From NCBI GenBank assembly GCA_043808785.1, contig JAZDEL010000002.1, forward strand, positions 210,001 through 242,000: a DNA stretch of 32,000 nt, read 5' to 3'. The position numbers were made by a program, and so were the translations under genes. The notes under the pieces were generated by a model. The model did no database searches. It saw only the letters and a program-made list of their open reading frames with translations, and had not been told where the DNA came from. Positions 8,321 through 16,194 of this stretch are shown here, piece by piece; position 1 is the stretch's first letter, and each line of letters begins with the position of its first letter. This DNA comes from Candidatus Iainarchaeum sp. (GTDB lineage: Archaea; Iainarchaeota; Iainarchaeia; Iainarchaeales; JAZDEL01).

Positions 8321-8513
8321 TAAATATCCTGTTGTTCCGCAGGATAACTGCCTTTTGGTTCAATTCCGAAACGGCAAGCTCCCTGCCGGCGCACGCCGAA
8401 CCCTGCCTGCGCTCCCAAGTGCGGACAGGCGCTCCTGCGAACTTTGCACCGAAAACTAATTATTGGCGGCGAACCACGGTATTGTTTGCGTTGTTTTTTC
8501 TCGGGTTTTGCTT

Positions 8514-9059
8514 ATGGTCTTCACTTTATTCCACGCCGGCTTTGTTATCCCTCTCCGGCTGAAATTCAGGCGCCTTTCTCTCCCCGCGCTCCTCGCGGGC
8601 GCGATGCTTCCCGATTTGGAAATCCCTTTCATCTGGCTCCTCACGCACGGCGCAACCGACCGCATGGTTCTGCATTCGCTCTTCGGCGCGCTTGTTATCG
8701 GCGTTCCCCTAACTCTGCTTTTCGTTTATCTCGCACTGCCGAAATTCCGCGCGCTCCTGCCTGAAAAGGTTCTCGGCATGCATACCGCCCCCTTCACAGT
8801 TCCGCCTTCCTCCTTCCTCCCCGCCTCCCTCTCCTCCCTTATCGGCATCTGTAGCCACGTTCTCGTTGATTCTTTCAATTACCACGCATACAACGCCTCC
8901 CCTCTCCTGTGGCCGTTCTCGCAGCGCACATTCATTTTCCCGCTCTTCGGAAACGGGCAGTTCTCGGCGATATTCTGGCTCCTCTTAGCGGCAACCCTGA
9001 CCCTGCTCTCCTTTCGGGCGCTGAACAGGGATGCGCGGCGCAGCCCAATTTCCCGATAA
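8514..9059 (+). CDS. Membrane-bound metal-dependent hydrolase-like protein (YdjM/DUF457-like)
   Basis: MVFTLFHAGF ... MVLHSLFGALVIG ... CSHVLVDSFNY: His-containing motifs within TM helices. ATG 8514 is preferred over TTG 8463. Confidence 0.45.
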   Translation: MVFTLFHAGFVIPLRLKFRRLSLPALLAGAMLPDLEIPFIWLLTHGATDRMVLHSLFGALVIGVPLTLLFVYLALPKFRALLPEKVLGMHTAPFTVPPSSFLPASLSSLIGICSHVLVDSFNYHAYNASPLLWPFSQRTFIFPLFGNGQFSAIFWLLLAATLTLLSFRALNRDARRSPISR

Positions 9060-9212
9060 AAGTGCCATTTATTCGTTATTTATATATGTTTCTACTTTTT
9101 TAGAAACCTTTATAAATAAAATGTGCAGCTTGGGCTGAAATACGCGCAGTTCAGGAAAAAGAAACGGGAATTGCTTGAGAAGATAAAGAAATTGCGCTGA
9201 ACGGGGGCGCGG

Positions 9213-9258
9213 AAAATCAACCAAACGGTTGATTTTTATTCAACCAAAGGTATTTATT
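9213..9258 (+). promoter_or_regulatory. Triple half-site palindrome plus TATA cassette, copy 1 (faces the + strand)
   Basis: AAAATCAACCAAACGGTTGATTTTTATTCAACCAAAGGTATTTATT. The TATA ends 24 nt before ATG 9283. Confidence 0.6.
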
Positions 9259-9282
9259 CCCTGCCAACCAGAGATATTAGTT

Positions 9283-10704
9283 ATGGTTTCGTCAAAAGCC
9301 TTTGCAGTTCCCCTGCTTTTTGCCATGCTTCTGCCCGCGCTGCCGCTTTTGCAGTTTTCCGCCGGCGGGGCACAGGATGCTCCGGTCCAGCACCTTGCCG
9401 CTGTGCCAGTTGTAGTGGTTTCCGAACCGCAGGCAGCCGCGGTGCCAAGCGTTGTAATCCCCCCTGTTGTTCCCCTCCCCGGCGATAACGGAATTCTTTT
9501 TCCATTGCCCGACGGCAACGGCATACTTTTCCCCGTGCCTGAAATACCTCCTTTGAAGCCAATTCCCGACCTGTTCATATGCAGGGATTCCGACGGAGGT
9601 AAGAACTATTTCCGGTTCGGCATGGCAAACGGCCGAGACCCTGCAAACCGCCAGTATGTCGGCACCTTCGACTTCAACGATTTCTGCGCCGATGCAAACA
9701 CACTGAACGAATATTTCTGTGTCGCGGATTGGGTGCACTCTGAAAGGGTTGGATGCGCGAAAGGGTGCAGGGCAGGCGCATGCCTTGGTGAGCCGGGGCC
9801 TGATGCGAACTACTGCTGCCCTGCGGGGCAGGGCTGCGTTATTGCGGGCGTGTGCGAACCCGACGGCACGATAAAATGCACAATGCGCGCGGGGCAGAAC
9901 ATGCTCATCCGCGACTTCAACAGCGCATGCAATATCACGCTCGATGTGGAGAACGGCGGGGCGATGGGCTGGCTGAGGCTGGAGAACGACAGGATTCTCG
10001 GCGGCCAAAATTTCTCGGTTAATACTGGCAACATATTTACGGCAGGTGGCAAGAATATCGGGGTTATTCTTTTGAATTGTGAAAACACGCATGTCAGAGC
10101 TGGCAACATCCTTACTCAAGGCGAAAGTTCGAACGGAGTATTTCTTGGGGATTCCAGCAACAATAATCTGAGTTTTGGCAGCATAGTTACGCGGGGGCTT
10201 TATTCAGACGGCATTACGTTTCTCTCATTTTGCCTCAATAATTATGTTGTATCAGGAGCCATACAAACAAATGGCGGGGGAGACGGCATAAGCATAATGG
10301 CAGATTCCAACAGCAACAGCATATTTGCGGGAAATATAACTGCTTGGAAGTCGCGCGGCATAAATTTTGATGGCGGCGTGAGCAACAATGCCGTGCATGC
10401 CGGTAACATACAAGCAATCGGAGAAAAAGCCGAAGGGGTTAAATTCGGGGGCGCCCTGAACAACACGGTTCTGGCAAAAGACGTAAATGCAGGGGGGTGG
10501 GGGATAGTTTCATCTGCCTACATGTTCGAATCTTTGGGCAACCTTGTGTGTGCAAATGAAGTTAGCGCCTCTGAGGGTGCATGTGTACTTTATGGTGCCG
10601 CCACCCTCACCGGCTGCGAGAACGGCACCCCAATCCCTAACTGCGCAAACTCCGACCGCAACTGCAGCGAGTGCGGCGCGGGCACTTCCTGCAGCCGAAC
10701 CTGA
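9283..10704 (+). CDS. Secreted Cys-rich protein with parallel beta-helix repeats
   Basis: Signal-peptide-like MVSSKAFAVPLLFAMLLPALPLLQFSAGGAQ. It is followed by a Pro/Val-rich linker with tandem DNGILFP, a Cys-rich module (CRDSDGGKNYF...DFCADANTLNEYFC), and then about 20-25-aa repeats of the GNI/GxI type (AGNILTQGESSNGV, SGAIQTNGGGDGI, AGNITAWKSRGI, AGNIQAIGEKAEGV). The track start at 9229 lies inside the promoter cassette. Confidence 0.6.
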   Translation: MVSSKAFAVPLLFAMLLPALPLLQFSAGGAQDAPVQHLAAVPVVVVSEPQAAAVPSVVIPPVVPLPGDNGILFPLPDGNGILFPVPEIPPLKPIPDLFICRDSDGGKNYFRFGMANGRDPANRQYVGTFDFNDFCADANTLNEYFCVADWVHSERVGCAKGCRAGACLGEPGPDANYCCPAGQGCVIAGVCEPDGTIKCTMRAGQNMLIRDFNSACNITLDVENGGAMGWLRLENDRILGGQNFSVNTGNIFTAGGKNIGVILLNCENTHVRAGNILTQGESSNGVFLGDSSNNNLSFGSIVTRGLYSDGITFLSFCLNNYVVSGAIQTNGGGDGISIMADSNSNSIFAGNITAWKSRGINFDGGVSNNAVHAGNIQAIGEKAEGVKFGGALNNTVLAKDVNAGGWGIVSSAYMFESLGNLVCANEVSASEGACVLYGAATLTGCENGTPIPNCANSDRNCSECGAGTSCSRT

Positions 10705-10711
10705 ATTAAAC

Positions 10712-10733
10712 ATTGCTCATCATAATGAGCAAT
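10712..10733 (+). terminator. Perfect 9-bp hairpin immediately after the stop codon
   Basis: ATTGCTCAT-CATA-ATGAGCAAT begins 8 nt after TGA 10702-10704. A third ATTGCTCAAT copy follows at 10750-10759. There is no T-tract, so terminator function is uncertain. Confidence 0.3.
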
Positions 10734-10856
10734 AATGCCCGATATTGCTCAATATAATGGGCGCCAAAGGCAGCCCGATTCCCGCCTTCCCGCGCGCGGG
10801 CAGCGGCAGAAGCCAGCCGTTAATCTTACTTGCACTGCACCACGGGTAATTTTAAA

Positions 10857-11228
10857 TCACTCAATAATTTGCCACCCTTTGGCCCTGAGTTTGCCTAAGT
10901 CAACGGCGTCTTCCGAGTTATAATTAATCTCAAATTTGAATTTATGGAGAGAATAAAGGAGGAACACGCTGTTTGGCGCTTCTGGCATTTGGCCTATTTC
11001 ATCTATTATGCCGAACATTTTCGCCGTAGCTTTTGCCGAAAAATTCCTGCTTTCTTCTGCCGTTTCCAGGACGAATTCAATGTCTTCTTTTATTTTTTCG
11101 TATTTGCCAAAAAATCCGTCCAGCGAGCCGAAAATCGATTCGAGAACGCCTTCGTCAACGCTTCTTAAGTAGAAGCACAGCTTCAGTTTCGGGACTAAAA
11201 ACGCCCCATACCAGCCCATTCCTGCCAC
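10857..11228 (-). CDS. Hypothetical protein
   Basis: 123-aa ORF with plausible composition and no recognisable motif. Confidence 0.35.
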   Translation of the reverse strand: MAGMGWYGAFLVPKLKLCFYLRSVDEGVLESIFGSLDGFFGKYEKIKEDIEFVLETAEESRNFSAKATAKMFGIIDEIGQMPEAPNSVFLLYSLHKFKFEINYNSEDAVDLGKLRAKGWQIIE

Positions 11229-11359
11229 CTTGTGATATTATAAGCGATAATCTTTAAATATTATTAAATAATGCCAAGTTAATATCCGGGTTTCTTTCCG
11301 CACTTTTGCAGCATCGCTCCAAAATAACAGTATTGTTATGCACCTGTGACGGAACAAAT

Positions 11360-12112
11360 TCACATCCGCACTTTCGCTTCCTTCAGCACAAGTTTTGCCG
11401 CAATCCCGTAATCCACGGGACTCGGGGTGAGCGCGCTTATTTCCCTTTTCCATATTTTCTCCAGCCTTGCAACCCTCTTCCCGAACTCGGCATAAGAGAA
11501 TTTCAGCCCGTAGTATTCGAGCTTCCTGTTGACTGCAGCCGTTGTTATGTGCGCCCCGCCATGGAAAAGGAAATAGAGGTCGAACAAATCCCTTGCGGAA
11601 TTCCTTGTGAGTATTGCGCGCATCTTCTCCGCGGCAATTTCATCCTTTTCCATCGCCATTACGGAATAGGGCAGCATGTCCGGGTAAGGCGGCGTCACAA
11701 TCACGGCGCGCGCCTTCAGCATTGCCGTCTCCCTCTTGCTGAATTCCATTATTATGCTGCCTTCGCTTATTTCCGAGCCGTTGTAAAGGGGGCCGCGGAA
11801 GCGCAGTTTTGCGCTGCCTGAAATTTCCGTGCTTTCCTTTTTCCACCTCATGCCCGATAATCCCGCCGAGGAGAGGTATGCGGAAATAGCCTCGAAGTCG
11901 GGCTCATCCGCCCCGTTAAGGGTGAAATCCAAATCCTCGGAGTAACGGGGAAGCCCGAACGCTTTCTGCAGGCACGTTCCCCCCTTGAAAACGCCCCCGA
12001 AGCCCGACTGGGAAAGGAATGAAAGCACCCAGTGCTGCACATAATCCTTTTCCTTCTGCGCAAGGTGGAATCCCGGCGGGCCATACCTTGCAAGTTCATT
12101 CCTGCTTAGCAT
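11360..12112 (-). CDS. abiEii: Nucleotidyltransferase toxin AbiEii/AbiGii family (type IV TA)
   Basis: Hallmark FKGGTCLQKAFGLPRYSEDLDFT near the N-terminus, about 250 aa, and a 17-nt overlap with the upstream AbiEi-like gene. Confidence 0.85.
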   Translation of the reverse strand: MLSRNELARYGPPGFHLAQKEKDYVQHWVLSFLSQSGFGGVFKGGTCLQKAFGLPRYSEDLDFTLNGADEPDFEAISAYLSSAGLSGMRWKKESTEISGSAKLRFRGPLYNGSEISEGSIIMEFSKRETAMLKARAVIVTPPYPDMLPYSVMAMEKDEIAAEKMRAILTRNSARDLFDLYFLFHGGAHITTAAVNRKLEYYGLKFSYAEFGKRVARLEKIWKREISALTPSPVDYGIAAKLVLKEAKVRM

Positions 12113-12668
12113 GTTTCAGGACCCTCCTTAACCGTTTTTCCGCTGCTGCGCCTTCCAGAAAACCTTTTGCCTGCGCAATGTCGATTTTTTTTGCAGCCTC
12201 GGTCAGCACAATATCGGGGCAGGTGCGCGGCAGCATTATGGAATCCGCGAACGCCTTTTCAGGCTGTGCGAGGAGTATGCCATCCTTCCTCAGGAATCCC
12301 GCAAATTGCCCTTTTTTTATCTTGTATTCCTTTGCCTCCATGCCGAAGATGCGGTATTTCTTTGTCTTTCTCGTGACTGCGAGCTGTATATTCCTCGGCG
12401 CCTGCGTTGTCAGCCCGTGCAGGAATAGCGCGGAGTGGAACGAAACATAGCACGGCTTCGATATTTCGCACGCCGCGGCTTCAGGTATTGCATCAGGGAA
12501 CGCCCACCAGCCGTTTTTTACTGGAACTATTTCGCCCCTCACATTCAGGCGGTGCAGGGCAAGGCGCGCATAGCCCTTCTTCCCGAGCATTGCCGCGTAC
12601 TCCCTTGTCCTGAATGCCGCCCTTCCAGCCTTTTTCATTTTCTGCAAAATATCATTCATTTGCACCAC
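12096..12668 (-). CDS. abiEi: AbiEi-family antitoxin / transcriptional regulator
   Basis: N-terminal wHTH-like AFRTREYAAMLGKKGYARLALHRLNVRGEIVPVKNGWWA, 190 aa, directly upstream of and overlapping the AbiEii gene. Confidence 0.65.
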   Translation of the reverse strand: MVQMNDILQKMKKAGRAAFRTREYAAMLGKKGYARLALHRLNVRGEIVPVKNGWWAFPDAIPEAAACEISKPCYVSFHSALFLHGLTTQAPRNIQLAVTRKTKKYRIFGMEAKEYKIKKGQFAGFLRKDGILLAQPEKAFADSIMLPRTCPDIVLTEAAKKIDIAQAKGFLEGAAAEKRLRRVLKHAKQE

Positions 12669-12717
12669 TTTGTTATCAAATATGATAACAAAAAATATAA
12701 AAAGGTATCTTTTTCCC

Positions 12718-12951
12718 CTACCTGATGAAAATATTGAACTCCGCGGGCGACAGCAGCCTTTTCCTTATTTTTGCCTCCCCGCCGCCCAAAAGCAGCGCTT
12801 CGGCATCAAAGTCGGCCTTCCTCTCAATTCTCGCCCTGACAAAGCCGAGTTTCCTGCGGCTCATGGCTTTATACTCCGCGAAAATGACCTTCCTGCCGAG
12901 TTTGGGGAATACGTCCCTCGCCTCGCTCAGCCATTCCGTGCATTCGTCCAT
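12718..12951 (-). CDS. Small hypothetical protein (second gene of a two-gene cassette; possible toxin-like component)
   Basis: 77 aa. A strong SD (AAGGAGGT) lies 7 nt upstream of the ATG. No family recognised. Confidence 0.4.
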   Translation of the reverse strand: MDECTEWLSEARDVFPKLGRKVIFAEYKAMSRRKLGFVRARIERKADFDAEALLLGGGEAKIRKRLLSPAEFNIFIR

Positions 12952-12993
12952 ATTGGCAACCTCCTTAATGGCGCCCGCTGTTTTTTCCGCGCC

Positions 12994-13182
12994 TCAGCCG
13001 AATTCCGCGCCCGCATCTTCCTTCAGGAAACTCTTTTCCTCCGCGCTCAGTTCCTTCTTTTCCGCCAGTTTTCTTGCGATTGCCCTGTATTTCTCGAGCC
13101 TGCCATTCAGGTTATCTGCCGCTGCTTCCGATGCGTATGCCCTGCTTTTCATAATGCCCAGTGCGATTCCGAAATTGCCCAT
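12994..13182 (-). CDS. Small hypothetical protein (first gene of the two-gene cassette; possible antitoxin-like component)
   Basis: 62 aa, helical and charged (RLEKYRAIARKLAEKKELSAEEKSFLKED). Its stop is 42 nt before the next ATG. Confidence 0.35.
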   Translation of the reverse strand: MGNFGIALGIMKSRAYASEAAADNLNGRLEKYRAIARKLAEKKELSAEEKSFLKEDAGAEFG

Positions 13183-13523
13183 ACAACCCCCGGCCTGCCG
13201 ATTAACAATTAATGGCGTTCATTCTTTAACGGTTTTCATCCACCCCGCCTTCGGAACGCGCGGCAAATTCGGTTGGTGAAAATGAAAAAAACCAAAAACT
13301 CGGAAGCGGTTGGCTTTGCCGCTTTTGCGGGCGGCGTAAACCAAACAGCAAAGCATCAGCCGCTTTTGTCGGGAAACCTTTGTTTGCCGCCCATTGCAAC
13401 TCATAACCCGCAGATTATGTAGCACCTCCCGCGCGGAAAGGTTTTTATATAACCGCACCGTCTATATTTCAGCCAATAAAAACACTGCCAAGAGGTTTTT
13501 GTACGGCTGACAAAATTATCCGG

Positions 13524-14252
13524 GTGAAAACCGGAATAGAGGGCCTTGATAAGGCGCTGAAGGGCGGAATTCCCAAGGGCAATATCGTCCTTGTCAGCGG
13601 CGGCGCGGGAACAGGAAAGAGCACGCTCTGCATGCAATATTTATACAACGGCGCCAAATTGTTCGGGGAGAAGGGGCTTTACGTTTCCACCGAGCAGGGC
13701 ATCAAGGAACTGAAAAAGGCCGCCGAAACTTACGGCTGGAACCTTGAGGAACTGGAGAAAAAGGGCCTGGTTAAGCTTGTTTATTTTGACGCGGTCGAGA
13801 GCGACAACTTCCTTGAGAAGATTTACGACCTTTACGCCTCTTTCACGCCCAAGCGCATTGCAATAGACTCGCTCACAACCCTCGCGGATTCCCTTATGAT
13901 TTCCGGTGACCAGTCGAACTCCGCGTTCTCCCTTGCAAAGGTCGCGGAGAGCGTTTCCCCCATCCCCAAAAGCGAGAGGATTATACAGAAGAGTTTGCTG
14001 TATCACCTTATGAAAAAGCTGAGGCTGTTTGATGCGACGATTTTGATGACGAGCGAGTTGCTGGAGGGCGAGTCAGGACTAAGTGCCGACCAGATTAGCG
14101 AGTTTATCTGCGACGGAGTAATAGTTTTGAAGTCTTTGACGGTCGGCGAAATCCTGAATAGGACAATTGAAATAAGGAAAATGCGCTATTCGCCTATGGA
14201 TGGCGGAATAAAGAGTTATGAAATTGGCCCCCAAGGGTTGCTGGTAGCATAG
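13524..14252 (+). CDS. Single-domain KaiC/RadA-like (RecA-superfamily) ATPase
   Basis: GIEGLDKALKGGIPKGNIVLVSGGAGTGKSTLCMQYL (Walker A) and KRIAIDSLT (Walker B). GTG start. Confidence 0.8.
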   Translation: MKTGIEGLDKALKGGIPKGNIVLVSGGAGTGKSTLCMQYLYNGAKLFGEKGLYVSTEQGIKELKKAAETYGWNLEELEKKGLVKLVYFDAVESDNFLEKIYDLYASFTPKRIAIDSLTTLADSLMISGDQSNSAFSLAKVAESVSPIPKSERIIQKSLLYHLMKKLRLFDATILMTSELLEGESGLSADQISEFICDGVIVLKSLTVGEILNRTIEIRKMRYSPMDGGIKSYEIGPQGLLVA

Positions 14253-14271
14253 CTAATCTGGGTGGCAGCAC

Positions 14272-15408
14272 ATGGACATTCAGGACAAGGTTGTGCGGTT
14301 TTATGTCCAGAATTATGTAATGCCCCGTGCCCTTATTTTCAATAAGCCTGGTTTTGTCGATTTTAAAATATCGGGGAAAACGAATATTTTTGCGAGGCAA
14401 TTGCTGGTCCCCGAATCGTTTTTTGCCAATCTTGAAAAGGAATTGGTGGATTCCTTCGGGGAAAAAGGGAAGAAGGTAATGTATTCCCTCGGGAAACGGT
14501 TCGGCTACAGGTTTGCCCAGCTTGGTCGGTTTGAAAATATTTCTGACCATCCCGGAGACGCAGTGAAGCAATGGGTGACCATTGCAAGCAAGTTTGTCGA
14601 AGGGACCTATGCGTCCGAGATTTCGCAGGATGCCGACATCAAAACCAAAACCGTCAATTACTTTCTGAGGAATTTCGCGGTCTGCAGGGTTCTGGGGTAC
14701 GACTATTTTTTGGCGACCGGCGGCGCGGCGGGTGTCATAGCCTGGATATTGCAGGAGCCGAAAATAGAGGGTCGCCTGTACGACAGCAAATTCGAGGGCA
14801 CCGAGCACACATGCAGGGTCAAATGCGCGGTTCCCGAAATACTGTCCCGCGATTTTTCGTCAGAAGTTTTTACCGAAACCAATCTCGGCGACCTTAAGCC
14901 CGACTTCAATAATTACATGAAATTCAATGAAGAGGTAAAAATACGGTACACAAAATCATTCCAGAGTTTTCTCGATTCCAATGTTTTCAAGTACAGCCGC
15001 GGGATAATAACATACGGCTCCGAAAGGTTTTTCCTGATGGAAGTGAGCGCCACATACCTGCTCGAGCTGTCGATGCCGGATAAGAAGATGAAAGAGAAAA
15101 TATTTCAGACCGCCTTTTCAACAGGCAAGAATTTGTTTCCGTCTTTGGGCGCTAATGACCTGCAAAGTCTGGTCGAAATGCTTTCCGCCCTCGGCTGGGG
15201 GGAGGTAGTTGCGCTGCCAGGCCCCAAGAAACAAGTAATTATAAACCATTTCCCGTGGACTAAATTTTATAAGGATATTGACTATTTAATGATAGGGGGG
15301 CTGTTAAGCGGCATAGTCAGCCATGTTTTTGGCAAAAATATACGGTTTGGAAAACCCTCCATAGACCTTTCGCACGGGCACCTTGCATTGATTTTCTCAG
15401 AGAGTTGA
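14272..15408 (+). CDS. Protein with two V4R-like halves, function unknown
   Basis: The first half has GKRFGYRFAQ ... NFAVCRVLGYDYFLATGGAAGVIAWIL ... HTCRVKCA. The second half has LVEMLSALGWGEVV ... MIGGLLSGIVSHVFG. Both resemble V4R topology by eye only. Confidence 0.4.
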   Translation: MDIQDKVVRFYVQNYVMPRALIFNKPGFVDFKISGKTNIFARQLLVPESFFANLEKELVDSFGEKGKKVMYSLGKRFGYRFAQLGRFENISDHPGDAVKQWVTIASKFVEGTYASEISQDADIKTKTVNYFLRNFAVCRVLGYDYFLATGGAAGVIAWILQEPKIEGRLYDSKFEGTEHTCRVKCAVPEILSRDFSSEVFTETNLGDLKPDFNNYMKFNEEVKIRYTKSFQSFLDSNVFKYSRGIITYGSERFFLMEVSATYLLELSMPDKKMKEKIFQTAFSTGKNLFPSLGANDLQSLVEMLSALGWGEVVALPGPKKQVIINHFPWTKFYKDIDYLMIGGLLSGIVSHVFGKNIRFGKPSIDLSHGHLALIFSES

Positions 15409-15413
15409 ATCGG

Positions 15414-16193
15414 ATGAAATTGGGTCATATCGAAAAAGGCATTTATGCGCTCAGGGCGGAGCACCCGTTAGTCATACCCCAGCTTGACCCTGAAAAATAC
15501 GACGAGCACGACCTCCAAACGGTTCTGAAAGAACTTGGCGAAATCGGCGTGTCTCATGTTGCCGTCGGGGGTACCATAGTGGATGCCGCCAAAATGCAGG
15601 CTGTGCTTGATATCGTGGCTAAGGACTTCGGGTTCGTTACGCTGAGCTATATCACGAATAATTCGCTTGGTCTTCTGAACGGCATTAAAGGTAAAACCGC
15701 GGTCTACTGGATGAGCGTATTGAATGCCGAGAACCTTTACTTCCTCAGAGATAACCTGATAATGAATTCGATAGCGATGAGCAAGAAGAATTTCGAACTG
15801 CTCCCTACTGCTTATGTTTTTGATGAACGGGGCTCCTGCAGTTCCTCGAACTGGCTGGCGAGGTCGACCCCTATACCGCGGAACAAGGCCGAACTTAGCC
15901 TTGCCATTGCGCTGGCTGCGCAATATCTGGGCATGCGCTTTTACATAATGGCAGGAGGTTCGGGGGCGCCATATCCCCCACCGGTCGAGCACGTCAAGTT
16001 AATCAGCAAAAAAACGGATTTGTTCCTGATTCCCACAAGCGGAATAAATCAGGTCGGGCAGGCCAAGAGGCTTTTCGCAAATGGCGCCGACGCCATACAT
16101 GTCGGCAAGGCAATTGAACTCAAGAACGGGCTGAAAATGCTGAGGGACATGGTAAAAATCTCTAAAAAGCACGATGGCAAAGAATTCTCATAG
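15414..16193 (+). CDS. Geranylgeranylglyceryl-phosphate synthase / PcrB-family prenyltransferase (divergent)
   Basis: PQLDPEK, GVSHVAVGGT, SVLNAEN, YIMAGGSG, IPTSGIN ... GADAIHVGKAI follow the GGGPS/PcrB TIM-barrel motif order. TSGI replaces the usual GGGI. The TTG 15405 alternative start overlaps the previous stop codon. Confidence 0.6.
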   Translation: MKLGHIEKGIYALRAEHPLVIPQLDPEKYDEHDLQTVLKELGEIGVSHVAVGGTIVDAAKMQAVLDIVAKDFGFVTLSYITNNSLGLLNGIKGKTAVYWMSVLNAENLYFLRDNLIMNSIAMSKKNFELLPTAYVFDERGSCSSSNWLARSTPIPRNKAELSLAIALAAQYLGMRFYIMAGGSGAPYPPPVEHVKLISKKTDLFLIPTSGINQVGQAKRLFANGADAIHVGKAIELKNGLKMLRDMVKISKKHDGKEFS

Positions 16194-16194
16194 C

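Noticed and set aside
8354-8370. tRNA-like T-arm (TTTGG-TTCAATT-CCGAA)
   Set aside because: No complementary acceptor stem (needed TTGCCGT) lies upstream. The putative anticodon arm has an 8-nt loop, and the region abuts the start of the membrane-protein gene. It is not a tRNA.
9132-9148. GGGCTGAAATACGCGCA resembles GGGCTAAAATACGCGCA in the V4R 5' repeat (6940-6956)
   Set aside because: It is a 17-nt match with one mismatch and no extension on either side. It lies in a non-coding AT-rich spacer, which is too short to call a third repeat copy.
9229-9282. Track start (9229) for the 491-aa ORF
   Set aside because: That start lies inside the palindrome/TATA cassette. ATG 9283 begins a textbook signal peptide and sits 24 nt after the TATA, matching the geometry at the other cassettes.
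9292-10119. 275-aa minus-strand ORF
   Set aside because: It is antisense to the secreted beta-helix protein, which has a signal peptide, repeat structure and a promoter cassette. This ORF has no motif support.
12952-12996. In-frame TGA between the 62-aa and 77-aa minus-strand ORFs (possible pseudogene or stop-codon read-through of a single gene)
   Set aside because: Both ORFs are in the same frame and are separated by one TGA plus 14 codons. However, those 14 codons contain AAGGAGGT placed 7 nt before the ATG, which fits two coupled genes better than a disrupted one. A disrupted single gene cannot be fully excluded.
12670-13279. Two long + strand ORFs (180 and 184 aa)
   Set aside because: Their Ser/Leu/Ala/Phe-rich translations are typical of antisense frames. 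The minus strand carries two small ORFs, the second with a strong SD.
13268-13317. Possible degenerate copy of the palindrome cassette (TTCGGTTGGTGAAAATGAAAAAAACCAAAAAC...GGTTGGCTTT)
   Set aside because: Only GGTTG fragments match. No TCAACC partner is present, there is no adjacent TATA, and the spacing to any start codon is wrong. The similarity is probably fortuitous.
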